In this document: in pieces, positions 47,427-57,092 of the stretch
How the letters are laid out: every line of letters begins with the position of its first letter
Numbering within the stretch: position 1 is the first letter of the stretch
DNA from: Methanomicrobiales archaeon HGW-Methanomicrobiales-3
GTDB lineage: Archaea; Halobacteriota; Methanomicrobia; Methanomicrobiales; Methanospirillaceae
NCBI GenBank assembly: GCA_002839605.1
Contig: PGYK01000003.1
Coordinates: 96,229-160,228 of the forward strand
DNA length: 64,000 nt
Direction of reading: 5' to 3'
The notes under the pieces: model-generated
The model's input: the letters and a program-made list of their open reading frames with translations, nothing else
What the model was told of the DNA's origin: nothing
Database searches by the model: none
Translations under genes and position numbers: made by a program

Positions 47427-48203
47427 TTATAACCCGTACTTTTGCATAATTTTTATCTGTTGTTGGAAAAAGAATCCTTCATCAAAAGGGTGCTTTTCTT
47501 TGATATCATTCCATTCTTTTGCATCAAAATATTCAACATAAATCTCTTCAAAAGAATGACCATTTCCAAGTGGGATAACTTTTGGGTAGGTTTTCAATTT
47601 ACTTCGAAAAATTCCAAGAGCTGTTGATGAAATATAATCACCTTTGATATCAGTCACTATGCTGGGAACGGTCGTTTCTACAAATCCATATCCACACCCA
47701 TACAAACTACATTCTTCCGGGCATTGTATGCCAAGTGCCATGTGATTTTCATCATTAAAATCAAACAACACTACCCCGAATCCAGATTCTTTCAGAAGAA
47801 ACGCAAGTAACAATGATTTCTCGCTACAGATCCCCCGGTTATCAGAAATGACTTCATATGGATATCTAATCCTTCGAGATGAATGGTATCTTTCCAAAGA
47901 GTCTGCTTTTTCATAATCATACGGGATATGCTGAACAAGACTGATAGCGATTCGTGCAAGATCATCTTGACTCTTTGCCACATTTCGAATCTCTTCCAAC
48001 AGACAAGTGAGATATTTTTTTTGAATGGAATTTTGAATGAATCCCAGATAATATTGAGATAGTTCATGGAGGCTTTCAGGGTTTTCTATTGATAATAAAT
48101 TCTTCACATCTGGAAAAATGGGAATTGAAACTGAAAATCCGATTCCATCAAAGGTGAAAAAAAAGTCCTTAATTGTAAAATTCGTTTCATCGATGGGATG
48201 CAT
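47427..48203 (-). CDS. Transglutaminase-like (papain-fold Cys-His) protein, hypothetical
   Basis: 258 aa, in an A+T-rich islet. LVQHIPYDY...RYPYEVISDNRGICSEKSLLLAFLLKESGFGVVLFDFNDENHMALGI fits the transglutaminase-core pattern G-x-C-x2-[FS]-x...H-x-[WA]. Confidence 0.6.
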   Translation of the reverse strand: MHPIDETNFTIKDFFFTFDGIGFSVSIPIFPDVKNLLSIENPESLHELSQYYLGFIQNSIQKKYLTCLLEEIRNVAKSQDDLARIAISLVQHIPYDYEKADSLERYHSSRRIRYPYEVISDNRGICSEKSLLLAFLLKESGFGVVLFDFNDENHMALGIQCPEECSLYGCGYGFVETTVPSIVTDIKGDYISSTALGIFRSKLKTYPKVIPLGNGHSFEEIYVEYFDAKEWNDIKEKHPFDEGFFFQQQIKIMQKYGL

Positions 48204-48395
48204 CTACCTTACTCCAAGTATCCATAAGACAAATGCTATGATGATGAGTAAAACGGCCAAATACAATAATTTTCGAATGTAATCATCAGATTTACAATAT
48301 GCCTGACACCAGTAGTTCTTGTTAAAGTATGGACATGATTGCCCGTGACCGTTACAGTGCGATCCTGGCTGACCTTTATATTTGCAATTTTTCAT
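48204..48395 (-). CDS. Small Cys-rich tail-anchored protein (63 aa), hypothetical
   Basis: Six Cys in the first 35 aa (CKYKGQPGSHCNGHGQSCPYFNKNYWCQAYC), then one C-terminal TM helix. Its stop codon directly abuts the ATG of 47427-48203. Confidence 0.4.
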   Translation of the reverse strand: MKNCKYKGQPGSHCNGHGQSCPYFNKNYWCQAYCKSDDYIRKLLYLAVLLIIIAFVLWILGVR

Positions 48396-48663
48396 GGGAG
48401 CTCACCTAGGGCAGATTCTTTTTTAGAATACTTTTCTAGGTGACATAAAGCTTCGGAATTCTCTTTGATTTTTTCAACCCGTCGGAAAATTTCTGAAAAA
48501 CGTGAATCATGTTTTTCCAAAATTCCAAATTATTGCCTACACGATTATTTAGTTCAACCACAACCACATTCAGTTCAAATGACCCGCGGCGCGCTCGCTG
48601 CTATTCGCGATGAAAAGAAGTTCGCGGTGAGGGTGTGGGGGGCCAATTTCGGATCCCAAAAAA

Positions 48664-49146
48664 TTATCCTTTCTGCCGGTGGAACGTCATGGTCATGATG
48701 AATGAATTTCCGCCCGTATCCTTTCCGCCCGTGTAGGTCAGCACCAGGAACATTGTGTCCGGGTCCATGAGGGTTCCTTTTGCCCAGCCCCCCGGCTGGT
48801 CCAGGATATACACAGATCTGCGGTCAGGCTCAATAATCCCAATCATCGTCTGGTTGGCGAACGTGCCGTCCGGCTGGTAAAAGACCTTGTGCCCCTCTGC
48901 AATATGGCCGTCCTGCGACGTGAATATCCAGGTATTCTTTCCGATTACGACCGGCTGGACCGTGGTATTCAGGTTATACCCGGCCTCGTTTTCCGATATC
49001 CAGACTCCCGTGATGTCGGGAAACGCTTCAGGCGATGCCGGGACATCCGGGGCCGGGGCGGTCACTCCATTGCCGGAGATGCATCCGGCAGCAAACAGGG
49101 ATCCAACCAGGATGAGAATGATGAGGGGACGAAGGGACGGTTTCAT
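48664..49146 (-). CDS. Putative lipoprotein / secreted protein
   Basis: 160 aa. A signal peptide with a lipobox-like LFAAGC. Confidence 0.6.
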   Translation of the reverse strand: MKPSLRPLIILILVGSLFAAGCISGNGVTAPAPDVPASPEAFPDITGVWISENEAGYNLNTTVQPVVIGKNTWIFTSQDGHIAEGHKVFYQPDGTFANQTMIGIIEPDRRSVYILDQPGGWAKGTLMDPDTMFLVLTYTGGKDTGGNSFIMTMTFHRQKG

Positions 49147-49350
49147 AGGTTGAAGAAACCTGTTGCAACCGGAAATACTTATAGTGTCGGATGGCGGGGG
49201 TGAGGTTTTGGGATCCGTCCCCCGCTCCGATCAGGAAATGCTATCTCGCTCGGCCGGGCGTGTAATCGGGCGACGCCCCGGCAGGAGTGTGAGTCGAATC
49301 CGGCTGATCGTCCAAAACCGGAAAATTGGTAGCAGAGGGAAATGATACTC

Positions 49351-49800
49351 CTATACGGCCCCTGTCCGGGTCATCGGGCAGACATTGCAGCCCGCCATCT
49401 CCCCAAAACAGAAGAGGAAACGCTCTTTAATCGTCTTCGGGAGCAGATCTTCATGGATGGGGACAAAACCGAAGGTCTTGTAAAACGCGATCAGGGCAAG
49501 CGTCGAGTGGATGAAGATCTGCTCGCTCCCGCAGGCATCGATCAGTGCCTGGACGGCGAGCCGGGCATACCCTTTGCCGCGGTGCTTCTCGCTTGAAAAG
49601 ACGCAGTCCATCTCAAGACCGTCCGGGTGCCGGGTGCAACGGGCCGTTGCAGCAAGAGTCCCGTTTTCGAAAACGCCAAAGACCCGCTCATCGGGCATAT
49701 CATTCTTCTGGCCGCGATATTCCTCCCATAATTTTTCCGCGAGGGGGAATTCCTCTTTCTTCAGTTCGCGGACGACAACGCCCGGTCCATCTGCTGTCAT
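49351..49800 (-). CDS. GNAT-family N-acetyltransferase
   Basis: This is only the 3' 450 nt of the 485-aa ORF 49351-50808, starting at ATG 49800 (MTADGPGVVVRELKKEEF). The acetyl-CoA motif is HRGKGYARLAVQALI. Confidence 0.75.
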   Translation of the reverse strand: MTADGPGVVVRELKKEEFPLAEKLWEEYRGQKNDMPDERVFGVFENGTLAATARCTRHPDGLEMDCVFSSEKHRGKGYARLAVQALIDACGSEQIFIHSTLALIAFYKTFGFVPIHEDLLPKTIKERFLFCFGEMAGCNVCPMTRTGAV

Positions 49801-49909
49801 GATCCGTTCCGTTGAGTGGTTGACGCCGCTCGTATATGAGCGTGACTTTTCCGGCATGGCTGCGCCTTTAATGCAATAATACGACAATCCGGTAGACAGG
49901 AACCTGCCC

Positions 49910-51115
49910 ATGACCCGCACTCCCATTCTTACTACGACCCTTGGCACCCTTACGCTCAAGAACCCGTTCATCCTCGCATCCGCACCCCCGACTGCGTCCG
50001 TTGACGGCATTCGCCGCGGGTTCCATGCCGGGTGGGGCGGGGCGGTTGTCAAGACCATCCACGCGGATGGCATGGATGTTAAGGACGTCTCGCCACGGTT
50101 CTCTGCATGGAAAGGGACGGGCGGGGAGCTCCTCGGCTTTGAGAACATGGAACTGCTCAGTAAAAAGAGCGTCTCGTACTGGGAGAGCGGGATCGCCGCA
50201 CTCAAAGAAGAGTATCCGGACCATATCCTCATCGCGAGCATCATGGGCGACACCGACCCGGCGAGCTGGCAGGACCTTGCCGTGCGCGTGCAGGACGCCG
50301 GCTGCGATGCCATCGAGCTGAACGTCTCGTGCCCGCACGGGATGCCCGAGGCCGGCGTCGGCGCGGCGATTGGCCAGAACCCCCCGCTCGTGGAGCGTTT
50401 GACACGGGACGTTGTCCGGGTTGCAACGGTCCCGGTGTTTGTCAAGATGACGCCGAACATCACCGACATCACGCTACCCGCCCGTGCCGCGGCCTGCGGA
50501 GGCGCGGCTGGAATCTCGGCGATCAACAGCGTCCAGAGCATCTTTGGCGTCGATATCGAATCCTTCGAGCCGCAACCATCGGTTGGCGGGCAGGGCACAC
50601 ATGGCGGGTACTCTGGGCCGGCGATCAAACCCATCGGCCTTGAGAAGGTTGCAGCAATCGCACGGGCGGTCCCGCTCCCGGTCATGGGGATCGGGGGGAT
50701 CAGCAGATGGGAGGACGCAGCCGAGTACCTGCTGCTCGGCGCATCCGCAGTACAGGTCTGCACGGCCGTGATGTGGAACGGGTACGGAATTGTGCAGGAG
50801 ATGAACACCGGTCTCCTGCGCTACCTGGAGAAGAAAGGGTTCAGATCGCCCGATGAGCTGCAGGGGGCTGCCCTCCCGCGGCTGGTGAGCCACCAGTCCC
50901 TTGACCGCAAGGACCGGATCCGTCCAGTCCTTGGCCTGCCCGAAGCGTGCAACGGCTGCGGCCGGTGTGTCATTGCCTGCCGGGACGGCGGGTACGATGC
51001 CATCCGGTTGAGAGAAAAGAGGCTGGTCTTCAATCCGGCAGCCTGCGACGGGTGCGGGCTCTGCATCAAAGTCTGCCCGGCCGGCGCACTTGCCGCAGAG
51101 CGGTACCGGGTGTGA
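49910..51115 (+). CDS. Dihydroorotate/dihydropyrimidine dehydrogenase-family flavoprotein with a C-terminal 2x[4Fe-4S] ferredoxin domain (PreA-like)
   Basis: 401 aa. The DHOD-fold motifs are ELNVSCPHGMPE, VKMTPNITDI and GGYSGPAIKPIG. The Cys clusters are CNGCGRCVIAC and CDGCGLCIKVCP. Confidence 0.85.
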   Translation: MTRTPILTTTLGTLTLKNPFILASAPPTASVDGIRRGFHAGWGGAVVKTIHADGMDVKDVSPRFSAWKGTGGELLGFENMELLSKKSVSYWESGIAALKEEYPDHILIASIMGDTDPASWQDLAVRVQDAGCDAIELNVSCPHGMPEAGVGAAIGQNPPLVERLTRDVVRVATVPVFVKMTPNITDITLPARAAACGGAAGISAINSVQSIFGVDIESFEPQPSVGGQGTHGGYSGPAIKPIGLEKVAAIARAVPLPVMGIGGISRWEDAAEYLLLGASAVQVCTAVMWNGYGIVQEMNTGLLRYLEKKGFRSPDELQGAALPRLVSHQSLDRKDRIRPVLGLPEACNGCGRCVIACRDGGYDAIRLREKRLVFNPAACDGCGLCIKVCPAGALAAERYRV

Positions 51116-51318
51116 AGGGGGCCCACCCCATTTTTTCCTGCCCGAGGAGCCCGGACTCACTGGTAATTTCCGGGACACCCATCCCCGGCCGGTCTCCTGC
51201 CATGATAGTGCAGGAGAATCCCTGCAACCCTGTTTTCACCTTGAACCTGCCAGGGAAAAACCGCAAGTGACATCCATTGACCGAGAGAGATCATCAAAAT
51301 AATTACCCATGAGGACAA

Positions 51319-51951
51319 TTGGTTCGCATGAATCTGTTCCGGGTCCACATTCTTCTCATTGCTCTGGTTCTTGCCATTGCGGCGACAACCGGGTGCACCT
51401 CATCGAACATCCCCACGAATCCGGTCGATGCCCTCTCCTCCGGCAGCGATGACGAGTTCGTCACCTCGGCAACGAACAACCTCATCATGATGACTGCCGG
51501 GGCGGACAATTTTTTACAGTTGTTCTCGGTGTATTCCATCGGAACGCTGTCTGCTGATGACAACTCGAAAAAGTTCATGCAGCAGTTCCGGCTCGATTAC
51601 CAGGGAATCGACAATCTCATGGGATGCACGTATGAGGAAGGCCGGCCCACCGGCCGTGACCGGGGCGAGGCTGCGCTTGCAAAGGAACTGTACCGGTACC
51701 AGTTGAAGAGCGATGACCTCCAGAACTGGCGCGGGTGGCTCGTCAGTTATCTCTTCGGGGATGGTCGCACCGCCGATGAAACCGGGGTCCTGCACGAGCT
51801 GCACGAAGAGGGACACCTGCTCATCGATGCCTATGACCGCGGCGATTATCCTGCGGCAACCCTGCATGCCGCAGAGTTCGAAAGGACACTAAGGGGATAC
51901 CAGTCGTTCCTTGCTGCACGGCAGGCAGATCTCCGGACAATGCGGTCGTGA
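51319..51951 (+). CDS. Putative lipoprotein, hypothetical
   Basis: 210 aa. Signal peptide plus lipobox (LAIAATTGC). Confidence 0.55.
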   Translation: MVRMNLFRVHILLIALVLAIAATTGCTSSNIPTNPVDALSSGSDDEFVTSATNNLIMMTAGADNFLQLFSVYSIGTLSADDNSKKFMQQFRLDYQGIDNLMGCTYEEGRPTGRDRGEAALAKELYRYQLKSDDLQNWRGWLVSYLFGDGRTADETGVLHELHEEGHLLIDAYDRGDYPAATLHAAEFERTLRGYQSFLAARQADLRTMRS

Positions 51952-52183
51952 TCCATGGGCGGTGAAAGCGAACGTTCACCGTTTTTGTTCTGAAGCACAT
52001 CTACCTGAAATTTCATAGTACAGCACTATGGGGTCACGGGCAGTCCACTCTCTTCCGGTTTCATTTCCGTTGGGGGAAAAATGCACACGGGGAGTTCGGT
52101 GTGGGAAGGACCCGTATAAGACCGGAATCTCCCCTCATTCACCCCGCCGTACCCCCCGGTCCGCAGCAAATCTCTCCCGCCGC

Positions 52184-52717
52184 TCAGGGATTCTCCGTGC
52201 TGCGAACCTTCGCGAGCATCGCCCGTGCAAAAGTCTCCGCGTTCGCGAGGTCGCCCGAATCCGGCCTCCCCCTGTTGATGCCGCCGAAAAACCGGAGGAA
52301 ACTGTTGGTGTTCCACCCGGCACAGCCGAAGTCCCCGATGACCTCGTAGCCTTTGATCCGCAGCTTCCCCCGCATCTCTTCGTGGTTGTCTGCCACAAAA
52401 TCCCGGGTCACGGCAAAAGCCGGAGCCCCGTAGGTTGAGAAGAGGAACGCCTTCCTGCCGTGGGCAAAGGAGAGCCGGTCGGCAAGAGTAAGGACGGAAG
52501 GATCGAAGGTTGCACTGTAGATCCCCGAGCCAAAGCCAATCAGGTCGTACTCCCGGAGCTGCTCCGGCTGGATCTCCTGCGGTGTCTTTACTTCCGCTCC
52601 CAGGACACCCGCGATGGTGCGGGCAATCTTCTCCGTGTTGTTATGGTGGTACGAGAAGACGATGACCAGGGATCGCACGTTCCGTGGATCTTCGGGATTA
52701 TGTTCTGGTTGATTCAT
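52184..52717 (-). CDS. Flavodoxin-family protein
   Basis: 177 aa. Contains SLVIVFSYHHNNTEKIA and DLIGFGSGIY (a flavodoxin-like fold pattern). Confidence 0.7.
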   Translation of the reverse strand: MNQPEHNPEDPRNVRSLVIVFSYHHNNTEKIARTIAGVLGAEVKTPQEIQPEQLREYDLIGFGSGIYSATFDPSVLTLADRLSFAHGRKAFLFSTYGAPAFAVTRDFVADNHEEMRGKLRIKGYEVIGDFGCAGWNTNSFLRFFGGINRGRPDSGDLANAETFARAMLAKVRSTENP

Positions 52718-52959
52718 GGTTCACCTTCTGTTCCGGGAAATGGTTTTCACGTTGAGTGATGCCCCCCCTCTTGCACCACCAGTCCCCCGAGGGGGACGGG
52801 GCGCAGTGTGATGCCTCTGTTTTACCCGTATGGGAATCTTCAACAATGTCGCGAACAGGGGATGCGGCGTTATCATAAGGGGGTGCCCCAGCAGCGCGGC
52901 GAAGCCCCCAGAGCGTCTGATATCCGTAGATAAGAATCTCAATATTTCCATCCCCGGTT

Positions 52960-54054
52960 TCACTCCCGCCCCATCATCGCTTCCACCCATGCTTTGTTTG
53001 CGTGGAGGGCGCACCCGCCTTCGGTTTCCGCGAGCACGGCCGGTTCCTCCCGCAGCCGGGCAAGGAGCCGCGAGCGGAGCGCTTCTTTCAGCGGCTGGCA
53101 GGTAAGATTCGCATCCGAGTACGGCGCTGCCGGGCAGGGTTCGAGATCTCCTGAAGGGCTGATGTGCACAAACCCCCGGCCTGCCGCGAGGCACCCGCCA
53201 TAGTAGTCCTCGTTGCCCGGGAAGCAGAGGAACAGGGCAGGGAACGTACGGTTGTGCTCCGCAAGGATCTCCTGCAACTCCTTCTTCTGCCCGTCTTTCA
53301 GGACAAGTCCCTCTGTACCCGGTTCCATGGGCACGTACTCGACATACGCGAATGTCCGGGCACCGGCATCCAGCATCTGCCGGATGAATGCCGCGTCTGT
53401 GACCCGCGCCAGGTTCTCCCGCGTGGTCGTGACCGAGATCCCAAAGAAGACCTGCCGGCTCTTCAGCCGAAGGCAGGCTGCAAGCAGCCGGTCAAAGACC
53501 CCGCTGCCCCGCCGGGCATCGGTCTCATCCCGGAAACCCTCGAAGCTGATGAGCGGGACAATGTTCCTGCACCCCGCAATCCGGTCGGCAACCGCATCGT
53601 CAATCAACAGGCCGTTGGTGAAGACCGGGAAGAGAAGGGCGGGATGGGCCTCTGCAAGGAGGAGGATCTCCGAAAGCCGGACCAGCGGTTCGCCGCCCGC
53701 GACGACAAGGGCCGAAACCCCGAGCTCCTCAGCCTGGTCCGCGAGCGAGGCGAGGACAGCAGGGCTCATCTCGGCCCGGTACTCCGTGCCGCCGCGGTGC
53801 TGCATGTAACAGCCGGCACAGGCAAGATTGCACCGCGAGGTGATGCTCGCGATGATGACCGGCGGAACGAGGAGCCCGTCGCGCAAATGGCGGGAGCGGA
53901 CTGCCGCCGCCTTCTTCTGGTGGTGCAGGACCCGGGTCGCAGGGATGAGGAGCGCCGGGTCGGCGGCAATGATCCGCACCGCTGATGCGATCACCTCATA
54001 GATCGTTGCATCGAACGATTCCCGGTATCCTTGAGTTTCAGGTGCCATATCCAT
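52960..54054 (-). CDS. Radical SAM enzyme (unknown substrate) with an auxiliary-cluster-like C-terminal segment
   Basis: 364 aa. CNLACAGCYM is the CX3CX2C motif. Also present are the GGEPL glycine motif and a C-terminal GGCLAAGRGFVHISPSGDLEPCP. Confidence 0.85.
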   Translation of the reverse strand: MDMAPETQGYRESFDATIYEVIASAVRIIAADPALLIPATRVLHHQKKAAAVRSRHLRDGLLVPPVIIASITSRCNLACAGCYMQHRGGTEYRAEMSPAVLASLADQAEELGVSALVVAGGEPLVRLSEILLLAEAHPALLFPVFTNGLLIDDAVADRIAGCRNIVPLISFEGFRDETDARRGSGVFDRLLAACLRLKSRQVFFGISVTTTRENLARVTDAAFIRQMLDAGARTFAYVEYVPMEPGTEGLVLKDGQKKELQEILAEHNRTFPALFLCFPGNEDYYGGCLAAGRGFVHISPSGDLEPCPAAPYSDANLTCQPLKEALRSRLLARLREEPAVLAETEGGCALHANKAWVEAMMGRE

Positions 54055-54060
54055 CTCCGG

Positions 54061-54651
54061 TCACTGTGGAACGCAGCCCCTGCATCGTTTCCTGATCCCT
54101 CTTGCTGCCCACCCGACCAGCGCACCGAGGATGATGGCAAACGCAAGGCCGGTTGAGGCGAACTTGAAGAACCCTGCCGCCATCGTGAAGCTGGCAACCC
54201 CGTGCAGTTCCTGCGGCCATGCAAGGATCATCGCGATGATCCCGAAGTTCTCGCAGTAATCGCAGATCCCGCCGATGACCGGCACCACGTTGAGCCGGTG
54301 CCACCGGCTATTTGCCGGGAGCCACTGGCGGAGGAGCCACGTAATGACAAGCGCGTACGCGATGGTGTAGACTGCCGGGAGGATGAGGTCGAGCGGAACG
54401 ATATGGGTCAGCGCGAAAGCCCGACCGGCCTCCCCCATCGCCGCGAGGTGGGCATAGGCCTGATTTGGAGTATAGAGAAACTCCATGTCGAGAATGCCGA
54501 TCCCGCCGGTGATGGACTTGAGTTCGGCCACGCCAAACGGGCGGCCGTTGATCAGGTACCCGAGGACAAAGAAACCAATGAGGGCAGCAACGGTTCGGGG
54601 GCCGGTGGTGATGGCGGTGATCCGATCGGAGACAAGGTCAATGATCCGCAT
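54061..54651 (-). CDS. Hypothetical polytopic membrane protein
   Basis: ORF 54061-54798, trimmed to ATG 54651 (MRIIDLVSDRITAITTG...) so that it does not overlap the upstream gene. Several TM helices. Confidence 0.55.
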   Translation of the reverse strand: MRIIDLVSDRITAITTGPRTVAALIGFFVLGYLINGRPFGVAELKSITGGIGILDMEFLYTPNQAYAHLAAMGEAGRAFALTHIVPLDLILPAVYTIAYALVITWLLRQWLPANSRWHRLNVVPVIGGICDYCENFGIIAMILAWPQELHGVASFTMAAGFFKFASTGLAFAIILGALVGWAARGIRKRCRGCVPQ

Positions 54652-54676
54652 GCCACCTTCGGTTCCTTCCACCGCG

Positions 54677-55471
54677 TCACTCCCCCCGCTGGTCGAGCAT
54701 GTCGCGCACGGTAACATCCGGGTGATGATACCGGGCTTTCCCTTTCGTTCTGCCGCCGATCTCGATCGCCCCGTTCGGGCACCAGTGGATGCAGGCATAG
54801 CACTGGGTGCAGTCGTCCCCGAACGTCACGCCGTCCTTTTTCACCGTGATGTTCCGCGTGGGGCAGATCCGCTCGCAGGTCCGGCACTGGTTGCAGGCCG
54901 CCGTTGCATGGAGATGTGAGGGGGTGTCGTACACCACAGTTGCAAGGTGGCGGCTGAGTCGTCCTCCGAGCTGCCAGAGGCCTGAGTTGCTGCCCTCGGG
55001 CACCGCTACCCTGCGTTCCCGGATCGCGGAGGCAATGGCCGGGATCCGGGCCGATGCTGCTGCAAACTTCTCTTCGCGGCGGGAAACATCGTTCATCAGG
55101 TTGACCGGGCCGATGAAGTTCTCGGGCATGACAAGGGTGAAGCCGGCCGAGAGTTTGTACCCTTTCTCATCGAGCAGTTCCTGGAGGCGGAAGAGCGCAC
55201 CCCCGTGCGGCTCCCCGCAGGTGGCAAGGCCGAAGATATAGGATTCTTCGTTAAAGAGGATGTTGAAGACGAACTGCCGGACAATGGCCGGCATGTCGAG
55301 GAAATGGACGGGAAAGGCGATCCCCACCGCGTCCGCTTCGGGCGCAGAACCGCCGTAGTACATGGCCCGGCGCAGCGGGATCAGTTTCGTGTCGCCGAGT
55401 TCTTCGGCAAGCATGCGTGCAGCGGCAAGCGTGTTGCCCGTTCCGGTGAAATAGTAGATGATGGTCGTCAT
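54677..55471 (-). CDS. Flavodoxin-ferredoxin fusion (EFR1-type: flavodoxin-like N-terminus + 2x[4Fe-4S])
   Basis: Trimmed to ATG 55471 (MTTIIYYFTGTGNTLAAARMLA). The Cys clusters are CNQCRTCERICP and CTQCYACIHWCP. It is a paralogue of 57972-58775. Confidence 0.8.
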   Translation of the reverse strand: MTTIIYYFTGTGNTLAAARMLAEELGDTKLIPLRRAMYYGGSAPEADAVGIAFPVHFLDMPAIVRQFVFNILFNEESYIFGLATCGEPHGGALFRLQELLDEKGYKLSAGFTLVMPENFIGPVNLMNDVSRREEKFAAASARIPAIASAIRERRVAVPEGSNSGLWQLGGRLSRHLATVVYDTPSHLHATAACNQCRTCERICPTRNITVKKDGVTFGDDCTQCYACIHWCPNGAIEIGGRTKGKARYHHPDVTVRDMLDQRGE

Positions 55472-56283
55472 GAAGTCTCCCCGGGCCCGAGTTCCAGGTC
55501 CCGTTTTACGTCCCGGGCCGAGAACCATTCAACAACGGCCCCCAGGGTATGCCAGAGCGGGTTGACCGGGACATCGACAAAGTATTTTGTGCGCCGGTCA
55601 AACCAGCCCTTCTCCTTCCAGTACCTGTAATCGGCGGGCGATACATCCGCAAGTTGTGAGAAGGCAGCCCGCTGCCCGCGGAAGATGAAAACATCCATCA
55701 TGCCCGGGCTCTTCCGCGACCCGCGCTGAAGAGCGGCTGCGAAATCCCGCGCAGCATGGGCAACAGCCTCGCGGTTCTTATCGATCCGGTACTGCGGCAC
55801 AGGAGCGGCGGTGATGAGCCCGGCCTTGCCCGCAACCTCGAATCCCCAGAGCCGGGCAACGGTATCCAGGTACTTCAGGACATCGTCATTCCCGGTCACA
55901 CCAGCGGTCGTGATGAGAAGGGCTTTTTGAGAAAAGAACCGGGGCCGGTGGAAGATGTAACTGAGGCGGTCGATGAAGACCTTCATCTGGCCGGTGACGC
56001 TGAAGCCATATACCGGGGTGGCAAAGACCACGCCATCGGCCTCGTGCATCTTCTGCTCTATGAGCGGGGCATCGTCATGGTTCGGGCACTTCTCCTCACC
56101 CTGCGAAAAACAGGAGAGGCAGCCTTTGCAGGGCGCAAGGTCTGCGTCTTTAAGCCAGAGGTATTCGAAAGTAACGGGAAGTTCTTTTTCCATGAACGCC
56201 CGGAGATCTTCGCACGCCCGGAAGGTGTTGCCTTTCCGCGGGCTTCCCATGATTACCAGTATCTTTTTTGGATCCATCTTCAT
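55468..56283 (-). CDS. isf: Iron-sulfur flavoprotein (NADPH-dependent FMN reductase fold)
   Basis: 271 aa. ILVIMGSPRKGNT is the flavodoxin-like start. CKGCLSCFSQGEEKC matches the compact CX2CX2CX4-7C motif described for methanogen ISF proteins. Confidence 0.8.
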   Translation of the reverse strand: MKMDPKKILVIMGSPRKGNTFRACEDLRAFMEKELPVTFEYLWLKDADLAPCKGCLSCFSQGEEKCPNHDDAPLIEQKMHEADGVVFATPVYGFSVTGQMKVFIDRLSYIFHRPRFFSQKALLITTAGVTGNDDVLKYLDTVARLWGFEVAGKAGLITAAPVPQYRIDKNREAVAHAARDFAAALQRGSRKSPGMMDVFIFRGQRAAFSQLADVSPADYRYWKEKGWFDRRTKYFVDVPVNPLWHTLGAVVEWFSARDVKRDLELGPGETS

Positions 56284-57047
56284 TGCACCTCCCAGGAATA
56301 CCGGATAACCCCCTGCGGGCAGACATCAGCGCAGTTCCCGCACAGGATGCATTCGGAATTTTCCATCTCCTCGCTCCTGACCATGCTGTTCACGTGAAGG
56401 CTCATCGGGCACTCTTTCGAACATTTCCCGCAGTCGATGCACCGCTCTGCTTCTGCGGCAAGGTGGAGCGCCGGCCAGCGGAACAGGCTTTGGATCTTCC
56501 GGCCGATCATCAGCATCGGGGCTATCGGGCAGAAGGTGTGGCAGAACCCGCGACGGCCGAAGATGAGGGTGAAGATCAGGATGATAATGACCGGACCAAG
56601 AAACGCGGCCATGCCTCCTGCTGCAAGGATCGAGATGCCGTTTTCGGTCCGGTACAGCAGGTCGATGGTCGACAACCCCCCTGCCGACCAGATGGCATAC
56701 CCGATGCCCCCGAAGATGCCCAGAAACACGAGGTACTTCAGCCGGTCCATCTTCGTAGTTCGCAGGCGCGGGTCGTGGACAAACCGGACCAGTTCCTGCA
56801 GGCCGCCCGAGGGGCAGAGGTACCCGCACCAGAGCCGGCCGAGAACGAGCGAGCTGACGAAGAGCAGGACAAAGACGACAAGGCCGCCGGTTACAATACC
56901 GAGCCCTGCGGCTTCGGTGATGATCGGGCAGGAGATGTAAGCAAATGTTACGGGATAGAGGATGAACGAGAGGATGATGAGCGAGAGGCGCATCCGCTGC
57001 CGCGATGATGCCTCACCCCCACTCCCCATGGTAAACGGGTTGTTCAT
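56280..57047 (-). CDS. Membrane-bound polyferredoxin (NapH/MauN-like: TM helices with CX3CP motifs + 2x[4Fe-4S])
   Basis: 255 aa. Contains RLWCGYLCPSGG and GFCHTFCPIAP. The Cys clusters are CIDCGKCSKECP and CILCGNCADVCP. Confidence 0.8.
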   Translation of the reverse strand: MNNPFTMGSGGEASSRQRMRLSLIILSFILYPVTFAYISCPIITEAAGLGIVTGGLVVFVLLFVSSLVLGRLWCGYLCPSGGLQELVRFVHDPRLRTTKMDRLKYLVFLGIFGGIGYAIWSAGGLSTIDLLYRTENGISILAAGGMAAFLGPVIIILIFTLIFGRRGFCHTFCPIAPMLMIGRKIQSLFRWPALHLAAEAERCIDCGKCSKECPMSLHVNSMVRSEEMENSECILCGNCADVCPQGVIRYSWEVQ

Positions 57048-57092
57048 CGTTCTTCCCCCGCATGCACCCGGTCGATGGTCATATCCTTCTTC

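Noticed and set aside
49801-50808. Upstream two-thirds of the 485-aa minus-strand ORF 49351-50808
   Set aside because: It is antisense to the well-supported PreA-like gene (49910-51115) and has a Pro/Ser/Ala/Arg-rich shadow-frame composition. Only the last 149 codons (the GNAT domain, from ATG 49800) look real.
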